In this document: positions 33,194 through 42,700 of the stretch, in pieces | Numbering within the stretch: position 1 is the stretch's first letter | Layout: each line of letters opens with the position of its first letter | Source of the DNA: an uncultured Burkholderiales bacterium | GTDB taxonomy: Bacteria; Vulcanimicrobiota; Xenobia; Xenobiales; JADMJV01 | NCBI GenBank assembly: GCA_964649085.1 | Contig: CAZYPN010000014.1 | Coordinates: 78-64,077, forward strand | Direction of reading: 5' to 3' | DNA: 64,000 bases | Notes under the pieces: model-generated | Database searches by the model: none | What the model saw: the letters and a program-made list of their open reading frames with translations, nothing else | What the model was told of the DNA's origin: nothing | Position numbers and translations under genes: made by a program

Positions 33194-35267
33194 GCCCCGG
33201 GCGGCCCTGCTGGGCCTTCTCCTGGGCCTGTCGGCTGCCGCCGATGAGGGCATGTGGCTGTTCAATCAGGCGCCGGTTCAGCAGGTGCAGCAGCGCTACG
33301 GAGTCCAGTTGACCGAGTCCTGGCTCGACCACGTGATGCACAGTTGCCTGCGCTTCAACAACGGCGGGTCGGGAGCATTTGTCAGCGCCGACGGACTGGT
33401 GATGACCAATCACCACATCGGCACCGATGCCCTTCAGGACCTCAGTAAGGCCGGGCGCGACCTGGTACAGAGTGGCTATCTGGCCACTTCTCCGCAGCAA
33501 GAACTGCGCTGTCCCGACCTCGAACTGGATTGCCTGCAGTCCATCAGCGATGTCACTTCCGAGATCGAATCGGCCGTGCAGCAGGGGATGTCAGACGACC
33601 AGGCGGCGGTGGCACGGCGCGGCGCGATCGCCCGACTGGAGAAGGTGGAATCGGAGCGCAGCGGGCTGCGCTGCGAAGTGGTTACACTGTATCTCGGCGG
33701 AGCCTACCATCTGTATCGCTATCGACGGTTTTCTGACGTGCGCCTGGTCATGGCCCCCGAGCAAGGAGCCGCCTTTTTTGGCGGCGACGTCGATAACTTT
33801 GAGTTTCCCCGTCACGACTTCGACTGCTGCTTCTTCCGCGTCTACGATCAGGGGAAGCCCCTGCAGGTGAAGGACTATCTGCGCTGGCAGCCGGCCGGGC
33901 CCAAAGATGGAGAACTGGTTTTCGTGGCCGGTCACCCGGGGCGAACCAATCGCCTGGAAACCGTGGCTCGGCTGGAACATCTGCGCGACTTGACGTTGCC
34001 TTTTCGCCTGGCCTCGCTGCGCAGTCAGGAAATGGCGCTTCGACTCTATTCTCAGAAGGGTCCCGAACAGAAGCGTCAGGCTCAGGCGGTGCTCTATTCG
34101 GTGGCCAACGCACGCAAGGCCACAGCAGGGCAATTTGAGGGTCTGCTCAGCGATGAGCTGATGAAGTCCAAGCTTCGTCTTGAAAGTCAACATCGGGCGC
34201 GGGTGGCCGACCATCCCCAGTGGAGTGTTCGGGCTGGTCAGGCCTGGGACACCATCGCTCGCAGCCAGTCCCGCCTGGTTGCATTCGAGAAAGAGCACGC
34301 CCTGCTCGAGCAGCGGCAGGCGCTGCAGGGAAACATGTTCCGTCTGGCTCGCCATTTGTGGCGCTGGAGTCAGGAAAAGGAGAAAGATAGCGCCAGGCGC
34401 CTCTCGGAGTATCGCGATACCCAGCTCGAATCTCTGTGGCACGATGTACTCTCGCCGGCGCCCCTCTATCCCGAGTTAGAGATCGCTCAGTTGACCGCCT
34501 CACTCAATTTTGCCGCGGAGGTGCTCGGGGGTCAGCACCCCACCGTGCGCCTGCTCCTGGCAGGAGAAAGTCCCGAGGCGCGGGCGGCCGGACTGGTGCG
34601 GGGCAGCTCGCTGCAGCGCCTGGGAGCTCGTCGGCGTTATCGCGAGTTGAGCTCGGCAGAGCTTCGCTCGCAGGGCGACACCCTGATCGAGCTGGCGGCA
34701 GCCGTCGACGAGGCCTCGCGCAGGTTGCGAAAAGACTATGAAACCCTGGTGGTCGAGCCGGAGGTGCGTTCTTACGCACCGATAGCCCGCTCGCAACTGG
34801 CCCTGTTGGGCCCGGACCAGGCACCCGACGCCACCTTTACCTTGCGCCTGGCTTTCGGCAAGGTGGGGGGCTACAGCGAAGCCGGACGCTCGATCGCTTA
34901 TGCCACAACCCTGGGCAGCGCTTTCGATCTGGCCCGGCTTCAGGGCAACCAGGACCCCTTTCGACTGCCAAAGCGCTGGTGGGACCGACAGTCTCGGATG
35001 AACCTCAAATTGCCCTACAACTTTGTCTCAACGGCCGACACGATTGGAGGAAATTCGGGAAGCCCCGTCATCAATCAGCACGGAGAGGTGGTCGGAATCA
35101 ACTTCGACCGAAACCGCCACGGTTTGACAAGGAATTTCCTTTACTCCGATCGCCAGGCTCGCCACATTTCCGTGCATTCGGCCGCCATTTTGCACCTGCT
35201 CGAGAAAGTCTACGACGCTCCGGCTCTGGCCCGCGAGCTGAGGCTGGGTAAAAGGCCTGCTCGCTAA
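33186..35267 (+). CDS. Peptidase S46 family (dipeptidyl-peptidase 7/11-like), secreted
   Basis: A signal peptide is followed by ADEGMWLFNQ. Other blocks are GGSGAFVSADGLVMTNHHIG, DFEFPRHDFD and a C-terminal TIGGNSGSPVIN (catalytic Ser). Confidence 0.85.
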   Translation: MIRPRAALLGLLLGLSAAADEGMWLFNQAPVQQVQQRYGVQLTESWLDHVMHSCLRFNNGGSGAFVSADGLVMTNHHIGTDALQDLSKAGRDLVQSGYLATSPQQELRCPDLELDCLQSISDVTSEIESAVQQGMSDDQAAVARRGAIARLEKVESERSGLRCEVVTLYLGGAYHLYRYRRFSDVRLVMAPEQGAAFFGGDVDNFEFPRHDFDCCFFRVYDQGKPLQVKDYLRWQPAGPKDGELVFVAGHPGRTNRLETVARLEHLRDLTLPFRLASLRSQEMALRLYSQKGPEQKRQAQAVLYSVANARKATAGQFEGLLSDELMKSKLRLESQHRARVADHPQWSVRAGQAWDTIARSQSRLVAFEKEHALLEQRQALQGNMFRLARHLWRWSQEKEKDSARRLSEYRDTQLESLWHDVLSPAPLYPELEIAQLTASLNFAAEVLGGQHPTVRLLLAGESPEARAAGLVRGSSLQRLGARRRYRELSSAELRSQGDTLIELAAAVDEASRRLRKDYETLVVEPEVRSYAPIARSQLALLGPDQAPDATFTLRLAFGKVGGYSEAGRSIAYATTLGSAFDLARLQGNQDPFRLPKRWWDRQSRMNLKLPYNFVSTADTIGGNSGSPVINQHGEVVGINFDRNRHGLTRNFLYSDRQARHISVHSAAILHLLEKVYDAPALARELRLGKRPAR

Positions 35268-35569
35268 TGCCCATGACGTTGGCCGAGCTGACCGAGGAGA
35301 TGCATCGTTTCGTCGCCTCGAAAGGTTTTTACCAGGAAGATACGCCGCGACGACAGGTGCCCCGCAATCTGGCGATCTCTTTGGTGCTTGAAGCCAGCGA
35401 AGTACTCGAGCACTATCAGTGGGGCGAGGAAGCAGCCGCGCCTGAGTTGGCAGAGGAACTGGCCGACGTCGCGCTGTACCTGCTTCAACTGGCCAGCGTT
35501 GCGGGTATCGACCTGGAACAGGCCATCCTGGACAAGCTGGCAAAGAATCAGAAACGCGAGTGGAGCTAG
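35267..35569 (+). CDS. MazG-like nucleotide pyrophosphohydrolase (small, single domain)
   Basis: ..LVLEASEVLEHYQW..ELAEELADVALYLLQLASVAGIDLEQAILDKLAKNQKR (EExxE/D metal-binding helices). The ATG overlaps the upstream TAA (TAATG). Confidence 0.75.
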   Translation: MPMTLAELTEEMHRFVASKGFYQEDTPRRQVPRNLAISLVLEASEVLEHYQWGEEAAAPELAEELADVALYLLQLASVAGIDLEQAILDKLAKNQKREWS

Positions 35570-35620
35570 CCCAGGCAGGCACCTCCTGAATTTTGTGAAA
35601 TTCTCAGGGGGGGAGCGCAA

Positions 35621-38131
35621 TTGAAATCCGAGTCTGACGACCAACCTGGGGCAGAGAAGGCGGCACAAGGCAAGTCTTCCTTTATTCCTCGTTGGCGTCA
35701 GCGCCAAATGGAGGCAGAATCGGCTTCTCAGCCACCGGACGCCTCTCCAGCCCCCGCCGAGCCGGACACTCAGGCCCCCTCTCCCGGGCCGATCAAAAAG
35801 AAGTTGCAGGCGCGCTGGAGGCAACACACCGAGGCTCCGGCCGAGACTGCGGCTCCGCCTGGCCCGCCAACGGACAGAGAATCCGGGGGCCAGACGGCGG
35901 CGCGAACTTTCCAGCCCCGCTGGCGTCGCGCGCAGTCTCCGGGCGAGGGCGGCGAGGCCGTGCATCCAAACCTCCAGGCCCAGCCGGCTTCAACCGGAGA
36001 GCGGCCTCGCGGGTTTCAGCCCCGTTGGCGACAGCGTGCCCAGGAAGTTGCGGCGATTGAAGAGCAGCAGCAGCGGCAGCAGCAGTTGGAAGTGCAGGGA
36101 AAGGCGCCCGGCCGCGAGGCCAACGTTCAGGCTGGATTTCAACCCCGCTGGAGGCGCATGGCGCCCGAACAACCCCCTCCGCCCCAGATTGAAGCCCGTC
36201 CCCTGGAGGCCGCTGCCGAGAAGCCGTCCGGATTTCGAGCTCGTTGGCGCAGGACGGCAGCGTCTTCTCTCTCGCTGCCGGTAGAGCCGGTGCTCGAGCC
36301 GGAGCTTGCTGTGGAGGTCGTCGAGCCCCCGCCGATCGAAGTTCCCCCCGTGGAGCCTCAGCGCGTGGCGCTGGCTGCTGCAACTTCGCCGGTCCAGGAA
36401 GATGAGCCGGCCGAGCCGCGCCAGGATGCGGAGTGGGACGAAGGGGCAACTTCTCCGCCGCTGGCAGAGGCTGCACCGCGCTATTTTCTCGCCCTGGCCA
36501 GTCAACCAGAGTCGCCGCCCGATCAGCAGCCTCCGCCCGTAGAGGTAACTCCGCTTGAACCCGAGGCTCCATCGCAACTGGAAGGCATTGCCGAGGAAGC
36601 TGGTGAGGTGCTGTTGCTGGGGGCTCAGGCCTCCGACGGTGTCGAATTTCTGGATATCAGCCCCGACGAAAATCCCGAAGAGTTGCTGGCGGCCCTCGAG
36701 CATAAGGTGCGCAGCCCTGTCGTGTCTCTTCCCGGACCCGATCAGGCTGGGCCCGCCTCGCCGCCTGCCGAAGTTCCCGTCGCTCAACCACCCGAGAGCA
36801 GGCCCTTCAAGAAGGGTCTGCCCCCGCTACCGCCTTTGCCTCCGGTGCAGGCACCTCGACCGCTTCCCGAGCACCTGAAAGCGGCTCTGGTGGATCGAAC
36901 GGTTCCCGTAGACCGGCTGCCCGATGCCGCGCCGGTCGCTCGACCTGCCGCCCCGCCGACTCGCGCGCCCGCCGCCGGACCCGCACCTGTCCGCGCCCCG
37001 GCTGCTCCCCGACTTCAAGGCGGGCGGACTACGCCCGCTCTGGTGGAGCGAGTTCGCAAGTTCAAGATTCCCACCCGCGAAGCTCGCATCAGCGGCGAGG
37101 AGGTGGCCAACTTCACCCGTCAACTGTCCGTGATGATCGGTTCGGGCCTACCGCTGTTGCAGGCGCTGCATTTTTTTGCCGAGGCGGTTCCCGGAGGCCT
37201 GGGTAAGGTGGTCGGGGGGGTGGCCGATAAAGTGTCTTCGGGCTACCGACTGTCTGTAGCCATGTCGGCTCATCCCACGCTGTTTTCCGAGGTCTACGTG
37301 GGACTGATCGAGCTTGGCGAGACCAGCAGCCATATCGAAGATGCTCTGGACCGATTGGCCGATTTGCTCGAGAAGCAGGTCAGGCTTTCCAAGCGGTTGA
37401 GTGCGGCTCTGATCTACCCGGCCTTCCTGGTCGGGGTGTCGCTGGCCGCTGTGGCGCTGTTTTTGATCTATGTGTTGCCCACGATGATTCCGCTTTTCGC
37501 AGGCTTTGGCATGGAGCTCCCCTGGCCCACCCGACTCTTGTTGGCCAGTCGCCAGGCGGTCCTTCCGGGCTTTCTGTTGGTACTGCTCTCGGCTGCCCTG
37601 TATCACTATTGGAAGCCACGCTGGGTGATCGCCAGGCGCCAGCGCGCCAACTGGGCCAGGCGCATCGACCGATTCTTCATGGGGTTGCCTCTGGTCGGCA
37701 AATTCTTGATCCAGCTGGCTACGGCGCGGGTACTCTTCGCGATGGCCACCATGCTCGACTCAGGACTGCCCCTGTTGAGCGCCCTGCAGCGCTGTGAACT
37801 GGTGGCAGCCAACCTGGAGATCGCGGGTCGACTGGAAAGTGCGGCGGCCGCCATCCGCGAGGGGGTCACCGTGGTCGAGGCCTTCCACAGCCACGAGGTC
37901 ATGCCCCCTGCCTGCTTGCACCTGCTGGCCGCCGGTGAGGAAAGTGCCAAGATGGTGGAGATGATCCAGTATTCGGCGCGATTCTACGAAGAAGAGGTCG
38001 AACAGGCCATCAGCCGGTTTATGTCGTTGGTAGAACCCGTCATCATGGTGGTCATGGGATTGGTCGTGGGGTTTATCGTGCTCAGCGCGGTTCTGCCCAC
38101 CGTTCAGATGATCCAGCAACTGGGTGTCTGA
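35621..38131 (+). CDS. GspF/PilC-family platform protein with an N-terminal Pro-rich extension of about 470 aa
   Basis: The C-terminal 360 aa or so read ..EEVANFTRQLSVMIGSGLPLLQALHFF..LGETSSHIEDAL.., ..LFAMATMLDSGLPLLSAL..AGEESAKM.., with three TM segments. The extension lies in the same uninterrupted frame starting at the TTG at 35621. Confidence 0.75.
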   Translation: MKSESDDQPGAEKAAQGKSSFIPRWRQRQMEAESASQPPDASPAPAEPDTQAPSPGPIKKKLQARWRQHTEAPAETAAPPGPPTDRESGGQTAARTFQPRWRRAQSPGEGGEAVHPNLQAQPASTGERPRGFQPRWRQRAQEVAAIEEQQQRQQQLEVQGKAPGREANVQAGFQPRWRRMAPEQPPPPQIEARPLEAAAEKPSGFRARWRRTAASSLSLPVEPVLEPELAVEVVEPPPIEVPPVEPQRVALAAATSPVQEDEPAEPRQDAEWDEGATSPPLAEAAPRYFLALASQPESPPDQQPPPVEVTPLEPEAPSQLEGIAEEAGEVLLLGAQASDGVEFLDISPDENPEELLAALEHKVRSPVVSLPGPDQAGPASPPAEVPVAQPPESRPFKKGLPPLPPLPPVQAPRPLPEHLKAALVDRTVPVDRLPDAAPVARPAAPPTRAPAAGPAPVRAPAAPRLQGGRTTPALVERVRKFKIPTREARISGEEVANFTRQLSVMIGSGLPLLQALHFFAEAVPGGLGKVVGGVADKVSSGYRLSVAMSAHPTLFSEVYVGLIELGETSSHIEDALDRLADLLEKQVRLSKRLSAALIYPAFLVGVSLAAVALFLIYVLPTMIPLFAGFGMELPWPTRLLLASRQAVLPGFLLVLLSAALYHYWKPRWVIARRQRANWARRIDRFFMGLPLVGKFLIQLATARVLFAMATMLDSGLPLLSALQRCELVAANLEIAGRLESAAAAIREGVTVVEAFHSHEVMPPACLHLLAAGEESAKMVEMIQYSARFYEEEVEQAISRFMSLVEPVIMVVMGLVVGFIVLSAVLPTVQMIQQLGV
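35681..36256 (+). repeat. Six dispersed protein-level repeats of F-Q-P-R-W-R-R inside the GspF extension
   Basis: SSFIPRWRQR, KLQARWRQH, RTFQPRWRRA, RGFQPRWRQR, AGFQPRWRRM, SGFRARWRRT. Codons differ between copies (cgt/cgc/agg, cct/ccc), so the conservation is at amino-acid level. Confidence 0.8.
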
Positions 38132-38150
38132 CCGAGGGCACATTTCCGCA

Positions 38151-38447
38151 CTATTGCGGATGGTGATCGTGGGAGTCCTCGCGGCTGTCGTCGACCCCGT
38201 CGGAGTCGCTTCCAACCCAGTTGCGCACCTGCTTGCGAACCCCCCGGAAGGCACTGCTGCGCAGCCGACGCTTTTGCTCGGGTTCGAGTTGCTGGAACAC
38301 GTAGTAGGCTGCCAGCGCACAGCCGGCGCCCAGCACGGCTACGGTGAAGAGCTTCCCTGGCGTGTAGGGCTGGCTCTCGATACGGGCCGGGCGAACGGGC
38401 CGGGGTTCGGGGGTTTTGGGTCCTGTCGACTCTTCCGTCTCACTCAT
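38151..38447 (-). CDS. Small single-TM protein with an acidic/His-rich tail, hypothetical
   Basis: The 98 aa include the TM helix LFTVAVLGAGCALAAYYVF. The ATG overlaps the prp stop by 8 nt. Confidence 0.5.
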   Translation of the reverse strand: MSETEESTGPKTPEPRPVRPARIESQPYTPGKLFTVAVLGAGCALAAYYVFQQLEPEQKRRLRSSAFRGVRKQVRNWVGSDSDGVDDSREDSHDHHPQ

Positions 38448-38787
38448 GAGCTAGGTTGTTCCCCGCATTGACCTGAATGAATCCTGGATAGTAACAGGCC
38501 AGTTCCTCAAGTGCTAAGGCCACGCTGCGCAGCAATGCCTGGGCCGAGGGAAACTGGGGATGGTCCACTTGCTCGTGGGCCAGGGAAACAAAAAAGTGGC
38601 CGTCCGAGGCGGCCACCTGGCATGGGATGTTCAGAACCTTCGTAAAGCCAATACCCAGGGCACCCGTCAAGGCTGACACCGCGGCGCAGACCAGATCGGG
38701 GCCTTCATCGTGAAAACCAGCGTGCCCGCGGCATTCGAGCCTCCAAAGCCTGGAGGCCGAGTCTTCTTCCCAGTGAGCCTCAACCAT
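38440..38787 (-). CDS. prp: Ribosomal-processing cysteine protease Prp
   Basis: ..CRGHAGFHDEGPDLVCAAVSALT.. (His/Cys dyad context), located directly downstream of rplU. Confidence 0.75.
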   Translation of the reverse strand: MVEAHWEEDSASRLWRLECRGHAGFHDEGPDLVCAAVSALTGALGIGFTKVLNIPCQVAASDGHFFVSLAHEQVDHPQFPSAQALLRSVALALEELACYYPGFIQVNAGNNLAHE

Positions 38788-38820
38788 GTTCTTGGACCGA
38801 CCGCGCCCCTGGGGCAGCGA

Positions 38821-39135
38821 TCAGGCCTTCTTGATGCTCTCGATTCGCAGCGAGGTGTAGGGCTGGCGATGACCGCGCTTCACGCGCACGTTCTTCTTCG
38901 GCTTGTAGCGGAAGGCCGTGACTTTGCGCAGGCGATGCTGCTCGACGATCTTGGCCTGAACCTTGGCGCCTTGAACGTAAGGAGCGCCGACCTGAACGGA
39001 GCCGTCGCCAGCGAGCAGCAGAACGCGGTCCAGGACCACCGAACTACCCTTGTCGCCGTCGAGCTTTTCCACTCTCAGAGTCTGGCCCTCAGCGACCTTG
39101 TATTGCTTGCCACCTGTTTCAACTACCGCGTACAT
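38821..39135 (-). CDS. rplU: 50S ribosomal protein L21
   Basis: MYAVVETGGKQYKVAEGQTLRVEKL..VLLLAGDG..VGAPYV.GAKV.A.IVEQ.R..KV..FRYKPKKN..RK.GHRQPYT.L.I. Confidence 0.95.
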   Translation of the reverse strand: MYAVVETGGKQYKVAEGQTLRVEKLDGDKGSSVVLDRVLLLAGDGSVQVGAPYVQGAKVQAKIVEQHRLRKVTAFRYKPKKNVRVKRGHRQPYTSLRIESIKKA

Positions 39136-39211
39136 TCGAACCTCACAAGAACCCTAAAAAATGTCTCGCGACCATACCACTGTCGCTGCTTACTGTCAAG
39201 CCGAAGCGCGA

Positions 39212-39688
39212 TCAGCCCTGGGGAGCTGCCGTGGCGGTTTGTTGATTGCGCACTCGGTCGATAGCCCGCTGGCCGCCCCACTTTTCTACAATCAGGTCAT
39301 CATACTCGTCGGCGATCAGAACGACCGAACTCACCGAAGACTTCAGCTCGTTGGGGTCGCAGGTAGATCCCAGGATGCTGTGCTCGAAGAAAATGTCGCC
39401 TTCCTCATCGATGCCGAAAGCACCAAAGGTCATTCGGTCGTTCTCACGCAGCAGAAAGTGCATCAGATCGGGCGTCAGTTCGGCTCCGGTAACGACATAG
39501 GCGCGGGTGGAGATCACACTCTCATCTTCGCCAAACGGGTAGATGGCCGTTTGGGCAAAGGCCGAGCCCACCAGCACGCCAAACTCTGGAACCTCGGGGC
39601 GCTGGCCCGCGAACTCGCCGTAAAACTCGCGCATCAGGGGCAGAATCTTGTCATAGCACTCTTTTTGAGCTGGGGTATCAAATCTCAT
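39212..39688 (-). CDS. YbjN / T3SS-chaperone-like family protein
   Basis: ..ISTRAYVVTGAELTPDLMHFLLRENDRMTFGAFGIDEEGDIFFEHSILGSTCDPNELKSSVSSVVLIADEYDDLIVEKWGG fits the YbjN-domain pattern (LL..N....fG.f.ld..g.i.f.h.l.g..ld..EL...v..v...AD.yDd). Confidence 0.6.
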   Translation of the reverse strand: MRFDTPAQKECYDKILPLMREFYGEFAGQRPEVPEFGVLVGSAFAQTAIYPFGEDESVISTRAYVVTGAELTPDLMHFLLRENDRMTFGAFGIDEEGDIFFEHSILGSTCDPNELKSSVSSVVLIADEYDDLIVEKWGGQRAIDRVRNQQTATAAPQG

Positions 39689-39768
39689 CGTGGGCCCTCC
39701 GGGAACCGTTGTAGCAAAGGGTGTTCCTTGCCCGGCGGTGGGTTCCTCTCAGGGGTACAGGGGAAAAT

Positions 39769-42700
39769 TCAAGCTTCGGCCTCGGAGTGAAGCCCCGCAG
39801 GCGCCTGTTCGTCCCATTCTTTGCGCAACTTGGGTTCCAGGCTTCGAATCCAGGCCTGCAGTTGCGACCTGGCCCGGACCACGAACTCATTGTCGGCTTC
39901 TTCCTGGCGATGGGCCTGCCAGCGAACCCAGCCCTCGAAGAGTTCCTGCCAACAGCTTCGTTCCTGCCATTCCGGATTGGCCGACTGTCTGCAGAAAGTA
40001 AGCCACAGTCGTTGACAGTCGAGCAGGGGAGCGATCAGATACTCTTTGCTCTGCCACATCTCGTTTTCGTACATCGACAGCGCCGCTCGCAAGGGTTCAC
40101 GCACCAGGTTCCATTGCTCCAGCGCGAGCTGGGCCCGGGCCAGTTCCAGTTGAGCCGCAGCCAGGTGCAGACCCAGATGGTTTCTCTGGTTGCCTGGCAA
40201 ACTGTTCAGCTCTTCAAGAGAGACGGTGGCAACATCGAGAGCAGCCTGGTGGCGGTTGGCCTGACGCTGAACCCGGGCCAGCACCTGCCGGTGTATGGCA
40301 CACCACATGCGGGCCTGATCGTAACCCTCCTGGGCTCGACGTTGCTCGATTTCGACGGCGGCCTGGGCCTTTTCGGCAGCCAGATCGTGGTGACCCAGGG
40401 CCGACTGGATCAGGGCCTCGGTGCTGAGGCATACCGAGCGTTCGGTTTCCACATCGGCTTCGCTTTCGGTGGCGCGAATATGCTCCAGCGCCTCTTCGGC
40501 CTCGGTCAGGCATTCCAGTCCCGCCTCGGGTTGACCCAGATGCAGATGGATCCAGGCCTGCAACTCGCGCACATCGGCGAGTTCCAGTTGAGGTGCGCCC
40601 TCGGAGGGGTCGAAGTCGAGCAAGTCCTGGCGACATGCTTCGGCGATTTCCATGGCCTCTTGAAGCCGCCCTCGGCGGGCTCGCACCCGAGCCTGATAAA
40701 CTCTGGCGCTCAGTTGTTCAAGCGACAGGTCTTCCGCTCCCAGGCCGATGGCCTGCTGATAGGCGTCAATGCATTGATCGAGCGCCTCCTCAGCCTGGCG
40801 CAGCAGACCTTGATGGCTGAGAATCTTGGCTCGAAAGAACAGCACCAGGGCCTGTTCCGACAGGTCCATTCCCTGCATCATCTCGGGGGTCAACAGGGTG
40901 TTCAGAGAGCCAGAGGCTTCGCCGATTCGGTTCATCAGTGCCAGGGCGTGGCTGCGAAGGAACTCCAGTGAGGCCACGTCGGCCGGATTCGATTCGCCGG
41001 CAGGCAAGGCGTTGATCACCGTGATGGCTTTTCTCAGACGTTCTTCGGCCTCGTTCCATTTCTCCAGGTCGAACAAAGCCATGCTCTGCTCCAGATAGAG
41101 AAACACCAGTTCCTGGTCCCCTGGCCATTGGAATTGATGATACAGGCCTTCAGCCTCGCCCAGCAGCCGCATGCTTTCCCATCGCATTCCCATATGCTCG
41201 AGGGGGCCGGCGTTCTCCGGCAGGGTTTCGCGAACACCGCGCAGGGTTTCCGACTGTTCCATGAGCAGTTCGAAGAGGTACTGGGCCCACTCTTCACCCT
41301 CCTCGCGGGTCAGCTTGCGAGCCAGGTCGAGAGCTTCCTGGCCGTGGCGAAGACTATCGTCTGCATTGCCCAGCGCGCGCGCCGAGCGTGCCTGACCCCG
41401 CAAGGCGTGAATGGTCTTGGCCTGGTCGGCCTGACCTTCACGCAGGCTTCTCTGGTGAGCTTCCTGATACAGGGGATAGGCCCGTTGCACATAGCCCATA
41501 TAGAGATAGGGATCGGCCAGGCATAGCAGACAGTGAGTCAGCAGTCCTTCAAGGTTGTCGTTGCGTTCGTTTTTGACCAGAGCCCGCAGCATATCCAGCG
41601 CCTGCTCGCCGAAGTGAGCTCCATCGGAGTAGCGCCCCTGATTGGTGAGAGTGTGGCAACAGTCGGCGTAGATCTCGGCGAGTTGAGCCGCGAAACGTCG
41701 AGATCTTTGGGCCTTCTTGCGCTCGAGCATGTGGGCAGAGACCAGAAAGAGCTGAAGTCCGATTTCCTCGTAGCCCTGTTCGCGCGCCAACCGTCCCAGG
41801 GCCCAGGTTTGCTCGACCGTTTCCTGATCGTGCATCAGCCGGGAGAGATCGCCCATACGACCGCTCTCCGCCAGGTGATACTTGAGGAAACAGTGGGCGT
41901 AGAAGTCGGCGTCTTGCGGATTGGGATTGGCTGGACGGGAGCTGTCGAGCGCCAGCGCAACCACCCGGCGATGGCTCTCGGAGACTCGATCGCGCCAGGA
42001 CGGATGTTGCAGCAAGAAGTCACGCAGTTCAGGGGAGCGCAGCGAATAGTGTTCACCGGTGAAGAGTGCGTCGTATTGGGAGCCTTCGCCATCGCTACTG
42101 AGAAAGTCGCGCAACTCGAAGAGGGCGAAGGCCACTTTTTCAGGAGCATTTGACCAGGCCTTGAAGAGTTCCAGGCTGACCGGAACCTGAGCCACCGCCA
42201 GCAAGATCAAAATTTCCAGATGGACGGTGCGAAAGACCTCGGGGCCGAGCCGTCGACCCATGGCTTCAAACAAGGTTTCGAAGAGGTTTTCGGGCTCGGG
42301 AAGGGGGACCTTCCACCTCAGCAACAGGGCGTAGTAGTAGCCCAGGCGCCAGTTGCCCTGGCTCTTTACCAGGATCTGCTCCACCTGAGCAAAGTGCTCT
42401 TCGTCCAGGCGTTTTCTAAGGTAGCCATCAAGTTCTTCCAGGTTACGAGGATGCTCGGGCTGAAGCACCAGCTGGTCGACCGGGTGTCGGGCACGCCCGG
42501 CCGTAACGAGATAGATCCCTTCCGCGAAGTCCCTCCAGGCGGGGAGTTCCGACAACTCGACAGCTTCCTCGAAGCCGTCGAAAAGGATGACGAAACTGCT
42601 GTCGATCTCTTGAGTCAGCCACTGAAATGCGGCCAGCAAGGCCCTGGGTGGTGACTGTTCGTAAAAGGCCTGCGAGACCGCCAGGCGCAAACTCTCGCCA

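Noticed and set aside
35576-35603. Imperfect hairpin CCTGAATTT-tgtg-AAATTCTCAGG between mazG and the extended gspF, as a regulatory element
   Set aside because: The stem is short and bulged, with no U-tract. It could equally be fortuitous, so it was not reported as a feature.
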